Source: a virus
Length of the DNA: 60,723 bases
IMG/VR virus record: IMGVR_UViG_3300048861_000143
Location: 89,078 to 149,800 of that record
Reading direction: 5' to 3' (one strand)
The notes beneath the pieces were generated by a model. It had not been told where the DNA came from. It was given only the letters and a program-made list of their open reading frames with translations, and searched no databases. A program made the position numbers and the translations under genes. This document shows positions 55,470 through 60,723 of the stretch, piece by piece. How positions within the stretch are numbered: the first letter of the stretch is position 1; every line of letters begins with the position of its first letter.

Positions 55470-56420
55470 ATGGGGAAAGTGCACGAACTCATTGTGGCGA
55501 AAGGCCGCCTAGGCGCGATCGATGCTGGTTGGGATCGGGCTGCGGTCGAGACAGCCGCCAATTACCTCGCCGATGAGGATAGCGGCCTGGGGTTCGCTTA
55601 TAGCGGCTGGGCACAGTGCGCCCTCCCCCACAAGAGGCTCGCGGATGATGCCCCCTGGGGCATCGTGAGCGAGAAGGTGAAGCTCATGGTGGAGCCGGGT
55701 CGGCGGCAGATCGTTGCCGCAGATGGTAGCCAGTCCTTCGAGCATGTCGGAGTGCCCTTCGGGAGCCATGCGAGGCTCATCCTGCTCTATCTCCAGACGG
55801 AGGCCCTGCGGACCGGCAGGCGCGAAGTGGAGCTGGGCGGCTCGATGCGCGCCTGGCTCGGGCGAGTTGGCATCGCCGCGGGCGGTATGTCTGGCAAAAG
55901 CGTCCGCGACCAGGGAGAGCGGATCTCGAGATGCAAGCTGACATTCGACATTGCGACCGGGACGCGGAGTTCTGGGCTGATCCAGCAGACCATAGTCGAT
56001 AAGGCGCTGTTTCTGGAGGCTGATGAGTCGTCGCGACAGGGCCGGCTCTCCCTGGAAACGGCCAAATTGTCAGAGGGCTTCTTCGAGCAGCTCCGCAAGC
56101 ATCCGGTTCCTCTGGAGGAGGCCGCGATCAAGGCGCTCTCGAACAACGCGCCAGCCCTGGATGTTTATCTCTGGCTCGCCTACCGTCTTCACGCTCTGCG
56201 GGCGGACCGAACCGTATCCTGGCCCGCACTCAAGGCTCAGTTCGGGACAGGCTTCTCGAAGCTCTACCACTTCAAGCACAAGTTCCCCGGGACCGTGTCA
56301 CTCGCCACCGCGGTCTACCCGGACGCTCAGGTCGAGTTTACGGACGACGGTCTCGTTCTGAAGCCTTCCCGGCCGGCCGTTGCTCCGAAGCTGATCGCCA
56401 TAGGTCGGAGCGCTCACTAG
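55470..56420 (+). CDS. repA: plasmid replication initiator, RepA_C (IncW-like) family
   Basis: QCALPH, GVPFGSHARLILLYLQTEA...EVELG.S, LSEGFF..L..HPVP, ALDVYLWLAYRL. Confidence 0.88.
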   Translation: MGKVHELIVAKGRLGAIDAGWDRAAVETAANYLADEDSGLGFAYSGWAQCALPHKRLADDAPWGIVSEKVKLMVEPGRRQIVAADGSQSFEHVGVPFGSHARLILLYLQTEALRTGRREVELGGSMRAWLGRVGIAAGGMSGKSVRDQGERISRCKLTFDIATGTRSSGLIQQTIVDKALFLEADESSRQGRLSLETAKLSEGFFEQLRKHPVPLEEAAIKALSNNAPALDVYLWLAYRLHALRADRTVSWPALKAQFGTGFSKLYHFKHKFPGTVSLATAVYPDAQVEFTDDGLVLKPSRPAVAPKLIAIGRSAH

Positions 56421-56750
56421 ATTCCCCGCTCGTTTGGACCTACTGGCTCCTCACCTTCAACGAACTGCCCGTTCCGTTGAATCTCGCCGGGCACCTTCAA
56501 GGGATGTGAGATCCGGTCATCGCGCCCCCGGCCTCCCACGCGCGTTCCATAGGTCCAGCAGGTCAGTCCCCGTCACTGGCGAGCGCGTGGTAAGGCGGCC
56601 GGGAGGCGGGCTGGGCGTGTGCAGGCCCCTCGTTTGAGCCCACCTGCCAAGTGGGTCCCCAGCCGCAGCCTTGGTAGCTCCGCAGGCCGCCGCCTGTCAC
56701 CCGCGCAATGCACGGATGCATCGGCCAGGGCGTCGCTGTATCATGGCCGC

Positions 56751-57245
56751 ATGGATCATGACCCATCCCGCCTGGTTCGAGATCTGGTTGAGGCGTCATT
56801 CCCAGCTCTGAGCTCCTGGCGCATCCGCGTGAGGCTGGTTAGCTCTGATGGCTATGTGGCTGCTGTTCTGCCTTTCCGGCCGCTCAGGCGCGCGCTCCTG
56901 CTGGTCTGCAAGCAAGACTGGGCCAGGATGTCCAAGCGGGCGGCGCGCGGGGTGCTGGCGCACGAGCTCTGCCACCTCGAGGATGCTGCTTCGACGCCGA
57001 TCGTTAAGCACGCGCTCTCGTTGGTCTGGCAGTGCTTATCGAAGAGTGCGCGGGCAAACGATGAACGCTCGGCTGATGAGCGAGTGATCGCGAAGGGTTA
57101 TGGCCTCGATTTGCTTGCGTTCCAGGAATACCACGACCGGGAGTACGAGCCTTACGGTCAAGACGACGGCCTCACGCTTGACGAGATTCGGAAACGGATC
57201 GTCAGGACGGCCTCGCCGGCTAGTCCCCCCGGAGTGCGACGATAG
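56751..57245 (+). CDS. HExxH zinc metallopeptidase-like protein
   Basis: GVLAHELCH...ERSADE. Confidence 0.6.
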   Translation: MDHDPSRLVRDLVEASFPALSSWRIRVRLVSSDGYVAAVLPFRPLRRALLLVCKQDWARMSKRAARGVLAHELCHLEDAASTPIVKHALSLVWQCLSKSARANDERSADERVIAKGYGLDLLAFQEYHDREYEPYGQDDGLTLDEIRKRIVRTASPASPPGVRR

Positions 57246-57410
57246 CATCGGCCAGGGCGTCGTTGGCTCTGATCCACGCGGCCTTGAGCTGCTCGAGCTC
57301 GGCATAGGTCGCTCCGGCGGCCATGGCGTGGTCGAGGGCGCTCCGAGCCGCGGCCTCGGCCTCTGCCAGCGGGCGCAGGCGGGGATCGATCTCAGGAGAC
57401 TTTCTCTAGG

Positions 57411-57608
57411 TCAGGACTTAATGCGTGAATTTGCTCGTTTGTGAGCGCTCCGGTCCCCGTTCACGGGCATAAAGCCTCGCTCGCGGCAGTAGTCACGAAC
57501 GGCTGTTTCGATGAGGTTTGTGACGGTCCGGTTCTCGTGCTCGGCGCAGCGCTCAGCCGCGTCTTTCAAAGAAAGATCAAGCCTCATGGTGTAAGATTTC
57601 TTAGCCAC
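57411..57608 (-). CDS. CopG/RHH regulator divergent from tnpB
   Basis: SYTMRLDLSLKDAAERCAEHENRTVTNLIETAVRDY. Confidence 0.7.
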   Translation of the reverse strand: MAKKSYTMRLDLSLKDAAERCAEHENRTVTNLIETAVRDYCRERGFMPVNGDRSAHKRANSRIKS

Positions 57609-57659
57609 TGCAAGCAGCTCCGTATTGACATCGACTCCCATCGTCAATACATAGACCTT

Positions 57660-58967
57660 ATGATCCTCGCGCACAAGGTCTCTCTTGACCCGACGGTTGA
57701 GCAGGGAATCCACTTCGCCCGTGCATGTGGCGTTGCGAGGTTTGCCTGGAATTGGGCGCTTCGCGAGTGGCGCGCGCAATATGAGGCTGGCGAGAAGCCT
57801 AGCGCCCGTAAGCTCAAGGCGCAGTGGAACGCGATCCGGCGCACCGAATTTCCTTGGTCCCTCAATGTGACGAAGTGCGCCAGCGGCCAGGCGATCATCA
57901 ATCTCGGCACGGCCTATAGCAACTTCTTCCGGGATCTGCAGAAGCCAAAAGGGGCACGCAAGGCTGGTAGGCCTAGGTTCAAGAAGAAGGGGCAGCGCGA
58001 CAGTTTTGCCCTTTGGAACGACCAATTCGAGGTGCGCGCTTGCATTGATCGGTTTGGCAAGGACCGTGGCGAAATCCGCGTGCCAAACCTGGGGTGGGTC
58101 AGGATGCGCGAGCCGCTGAAGGTTCCCGGACGCATCATCGGCGCCGTCATCAGTCGGTCCAGCACTGGCCGTTGGTTCGTGTCCATCCAGTGTGAGGCGC
58201 CCGACAAGGATCTCCTGCACCCGGCACCGGGAACGGTGGTTGGGATCGACCTCGGCGTATCGGCGCTGATGACGCTCTCGAGGCCACTCCCGGACGGCCG
58301 CGACAAGATCGAGAACCCGAGACCACTCCGCCGTTCGATGAAACGGATCAAGCGCCTATCCCGCCGGATCAGTAGGCAGGAAGAGATGCGCAAGAAGCGT
58401 GCGGCCAAGACCAGCCGGCGGATGAAGCTCCGGCGCTCGGCTCTCGCCAAGCTGCAAGGCTACGTGGCTGCCGTCCGTCGTGATGCCATTCACAAGGCCA
58501 CCACAATCATCAGTAGGGCCTTCGAGACGATCGTGCTCGAAGACCTGCATGTAGCCGGTATGGTCAAGAACCACGCCCTTGCCGGCGCTGTCTCTGATGC
58601 CGCCTTCGGCGAGATCAGGGGGCAGTTCGAGTATAAAGAGCGAAAGCTGGGCGGCTATGTCCGCACGGCTGATCGCTTTTTCCCGTCCAGCAAGTTGATG
58701 TCGTGCTGCGGCGTCGTGCTGGACAAGCTGCAGCTCTCTTGCCGGACCGTAGCATGCCCAGAGTGCGGCACGATCCACGATCGCGACAGGAACGCGGCGA
58801 AGAACCTTGAACACCTATTGGTAGGGCCGGCTTGGTCCGAACCGTCGTCGGAAGATCCGGCGGCTACGATCGGGGAGATTGCAGCGCTGGCTGCATCGCA
58901 AGATGCAGTGAAACTGCGGTCGGTGAACCGAGAACTAAACCGAGGCGCACATGTGCGCACAAATTAG
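57660..58967 (+). CDS. tnpB: RNA-guided endonuclease TnpB
   Basis: ACGVARFAWNWAL, PRFKKK, RuvC motifs GIDLG / LEDL / DRDRNAA, CPECG; promoter TTGACA-17bp-TACATA. Confidence 0.93.
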   Translation: MILAHKVSLDPTVEQGIHFARACGVARFAWNWALREWRAQYEAGEKPSARKLKAQWNAIRRTEFPWSLNVTKCASGQAIINLGTAYSNFFRDLQKPKGARKAGRPRFKKKGQRDSFALWNDQFEVRACIDRFGKDRGEIRVPNLGWVRMREPLKVPGRIIGAVISRSSTGRWFVSIQCEAPDKDLLHPAPGTVVGIDLGVSALMTLSRPLPDGRDKIENPRPLRRSMKRIKRLSRRISRQEEMRKKRAAKTSRRMKLRRSALAKLQGYVAAVRRDAIHKATTIISRAFETIVLEDLHVAGMVKNHALAGAVSDAAFGEIRGQFEYKERKLGGYVRTADRFFPSSKLMSCCGVVLDKLQLSCRTVACPECGTIHDRDRNAAKNLEHLLVGPAWSEPSSEDPAATIGEIAALAASQDAVKLRSVNRELNRGAHVRTN

Positions 58968-58995
58968 AAAGCAGGATCCCAGGGCGACCGGCTTC
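58820..58995 (+). ncRNA. predicted TnpB omega/reRNA (scaffold overlapping the tnpB 3' end, plus flanking guide)
   Basis: Structured 3' region (TGCATC-GCAA-GATGCA and GCGCACATGTGCGC hairpins); established TnpB architecture; boundaries approximate. Confidence 0.5.
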
Positions 58996-59055
58996 ATTCA
59001 CCATGCTCCTGCTCCAGGTCCAGGCTCCCTTTGACGAAACATTGGGAGCGGCAAA

Positions 59056-59259
59056 ATGCCACTCAGTCGCACGCGACAGCTATCGCTGTGGCCTGGTCAA
59101 GCCAAGAAGGTTTGCGGCCGATGCTCTGGCACGGGGCGGGTCTATTATGTCAGGCCACGGGCTGCCGTGGTTGGCGGCAAGCGTGTGACCTGCCCTGAGT
59201 GCCGCGGGTCCGGGAAGATCGTAGACATTCAGGCGACGAGCCAGGAGACGAGACCGTAG
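59056..59259 (+). CDS. small DnaJ-type Zn-finger protein (paralog of 49650..49883)
   Basis: CGRCSGTG...GGKRVTCPECRGSGKI. Confidence 0.6.
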   Translation: MPLSRTRQLSLWPGQAKKVCGRCSGTGRVYYVRPRAAVVGGKRVTCPECRGSGKIVDIQATSQETRP

Positions 59260-59263
59260 GCGA

Positions 59264-59500
59264 ATGCCGGACCTAGAGACCCAGATCCACAATGAGCGGG
59301 TGAAGTTCACCGCGGGATTTCTGGACCGGTTCGCGACGGCGAGCCTGACGGTCGGTCTAGCGACACCGGTCGCGGCCCAGGTGTTCGGGGCGACGTCGGT
59401 GACCGTCGGATGGAAATACGGGGTGGCGTGCCTTATGTTCGGGGTGGTCGGCGTGGCGATGCACGCGGTCGGCCGCAAGCAGCTCGGGAGGCTCAGATGA
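59264..59500 (+). CDS. small membrane protein
   Basis: IHNERVKFTAGFLD followed by two TMs. Confidence 0.6.
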   Translation: MPDLETQIHNERVKFTAGFLDRFATASLTVGLATPVAAQVFGATSVTVGWKYGVACLMFGVVGVAMHAVGRKQLGRLR

Positions 59501-59637
59501 GCGAGGACGTCATTTTCCTATTCGCCCTGCCGGCGGCGATGGTCCTTGCCGTAGCTGCCTTTACGAGTTGGCTGCAGTGGCGCGACACCAAGCGCTATGA
59601 CGAATCCCGGGCCAAGCAACCGGGAGCTGCGGAGTAG
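59497..59637 (+). CDS. small membrane protein
   Basis: ATGA overlap; one TM. Confidence 0.45.
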   Translation: MSEDVIFLFALPAAMVLAVAAFTSWLQWRDTKRYDESRAKQPGAAE

Positions 59638-59811
59638 CTCTAGGCTCACGGTCCGGTCGGCGGTGAGATCCCCGTGGCCGCGCGCTGTAGGGCTTCCTGA
59701 GCGGTCCTGGGTGGCTTCCCCCTCCCCCAGAGCAGGAAGCGGTCCAGGAGGCGCCTAAGCCGGCTCCTGGGCGGGTATTCCGGCACGGAGCCGCGGGGAG
59801 CTGTGGCCGTT

Positions 59812-60126
59812 TCAGAATCTCGGGTCATCTCCGATTCCCTTCCAGTAGGCGGCCAGTGTGGCGGGCGTCCATGCCTTCCAGTTCTCGCACTGCTCCTTGC
59901 ATTCGACCCGTCCAGGACCGTTGGCGTAGATGCAGCTTTCGCGGCACCCCTCATCGATCACGCACCCGTCCGGCTCTGTGCCGGGCTCCATGGTGAACAG
60001 ATCGGCAAAGCATCCATACCGGACTTCGGCGGGCGGCGTGACCATCCAACCTGCGGAGCGCAGGAGTCGCGCGGCGGCTTCGACCTCTGGAGTTGGAAGG
60101 CCGGCCGTTTTGTCGTCACCGGGCAT
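59812..60126 (-). CDS. Cys-rich hypothetical protein
   Basis: GCF.DL...DGCVID..C.YA...C..W. Confidence 0.5.
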   Translation of the reverse strand: MPGDDKTAGLPTPEVEAAARLLRSAGWMVTPPAEVRYGCFADLFTMEPGTEPDGCVIDEGCRESCIYANGPGRVECKEQCENWKAWTPATLAAYWKGIGDDPRF

Positions 60127-60316
60127 TGCTTGCCTCCGCGTTGAGTGCCTGCAGGATCTCCTCACCATAGGCGCGCTCAAGGCATGCCGCGTGCTGCTCC
60201 AGCGTGTCCCCTGGCTGCGGCACCAAGGGGAACATCAGGAGCCGCTTGGCAAGTTTTGCTGCGAACTCCGCCCGTGCCGCCGCTGCCCGGATCTCGGCCG
60301 TATTGTCAGCGCTCAT
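60116..60316 (-). CDS. hypothetical protein
   Basis: Overlaps the next gene. Confidence 0.4.
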   Translation of the reverse strand: MSADNTAEIRAAAARAEFAAKLAKRLLMFPLVPQPGDTLEQHAACLERAYGEEILQALNAEASNAR

Positions 60317-60334
60317 TGTCGATTGCCCTTCCGT

Positions 60335-60723
60335 TCACTCCAGTCCTATACATTCGCTCATGATCCGGTTTCCTAAGAGAAATTCTTGAGGATCTCCTGT
60401 GAAATTAATGTATGGGTAGACTATGTGGCCGCCTATCACGATTGTCGCAATCTGACCGCGAGGTGGGAATGTAACTGCAAAAGGTTTCATTCCGCCGTAG
60501 CCCCCGACGCTACTCTTGGAATTAACCCAACCACAAACCAAGCCCGGAGAAGGGTGAACCAAACCCTTGAATCGAGCGGAGTCCGGGTCCTTCAATACGG
60601 CGGTCACAGCTTCCTGTCCTTGAGTGCGCCAGTCGCCCTCAACTACGCCTTCTCGCGCCGCGTCCATGAATTGCCAGTAGATCCGCTCAGACTCTTCGGG
60701 GTAGGCCGAAGCGGAGGACGCCA
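60335..60723 (-). CDS. exported hypothetical protein, 5'-truncated by window edge
   Basis: LKDPDSARF...VCGWVNSKSSVGGYGG..PF motif; frame open to the window end. Confidence 0.65.
   Translation of the reverse strand, partial: ASSASAYPEESERIYWQFMDAAREGVVEGDWRTQGQEAVTAVLKDPDSARFKGLVHPSPGLVCGWVNSKSSVGGYGGMKPFAVTFPPRGQIATIVIGGHIVYPYINFTGDPQEFLLGNRIMSECIGLE

Larger units (their letters stand above)
57388..58974 (+). mobile_element. transposase-less TnpB element (IS607/IS200-605 derived) carrying an RHH gene
   Basis: Boundaries from the ORF reconstruction; near-duplicate GATCTCAGG/GATCCCAGG at the two junctions; no tnpA. Confidence 0.6.
57220..59004 (-). pseudogene. small gene split by the TnpB cassette
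   Basis: Deleting 57388-58974 restores the 65-aa ORF MVNEAGRPGIDPRLRPLAEAEAAARS...ALRGD*, which has SD GGAG upstream. Confidence 0.55.

Noticed and set aside
57441-57659. N-terminal extension of TnpB
   Set aside because: It overlaps the divergent RHH gene and the promoter; family homology begins at MILAHK (57660).
57660-58967. Cas12f/CRISPR system
   Set aside because: No repeat-spacer array or cas1/cas2 in the window; the protein fits TnpB.
57393-58975. CAGG/GG core as the exact TnpB element junction
   Set aside because: Joining at CAGG puts a stop codon in frame with the downstream gene fragment, whereas joining at GATC restores the ORF. The exact ends remain uncertain by several bases.
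1-60723. Phage structural, lysis or integrase genes
   Set aside because: No terminase, portal, capsid, tail, holin or recombinase motifs recognised. The only transglycosylase is VirB1. Particle formation is therefore unproven.
1-60723. Window is a complete circular replicon
   Set aside because: Both ends cut through genes on opposite strands that do not join.

Overview
GC-rich alphaproteobacterial mobile DNA; the host is inferred from mucR, a gcrA-like gene, a suhB/MmgR-like sRNA and GANTC clustering, and Acetobacteraceae is only a guess. The window is cut at both ends. It combines three modules that usually belong to different element classes. (1) A lambdoid early region (about 2.2-17.1 kb): divergent cro/repressor switch with operators, DnaB helicase plus a DUF1376 initiator carrying an internal origin-like repeat, YqaJ exonuclease, ERF annealase, a C5 methyltransferase with six internal repeats, and MucR. 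(2) A complete VirB1-11/VirD4 conjugation system, a MOBF relaxase-helicase-primase with an FN3-like insertion, and an R388-like oriT (18-40.5 kb). (3) A plasmid replicon (RepA_C with iterons, ParA plus RHH partner) and cargo: ssb, terB-vWA-terC, mini-GcrA, tandem sRNAs, an HNH-like nuclease, and a solo TnpB/RHH cassette that interrupts a small gene. One 16-bp operator (GTGGTA-N4-TACCAC) occurs at both phage early promoters, at the ssb-operon promoter and upstream of parA, suggesting a single integrated element, possibly a conjugative phage-plasmid. No capsid, terminase, tail, lysis or integrase genes, tRNA, rRNA or CRISPR array were seen. All family calls come from motif recognition by eye, not from database searches.
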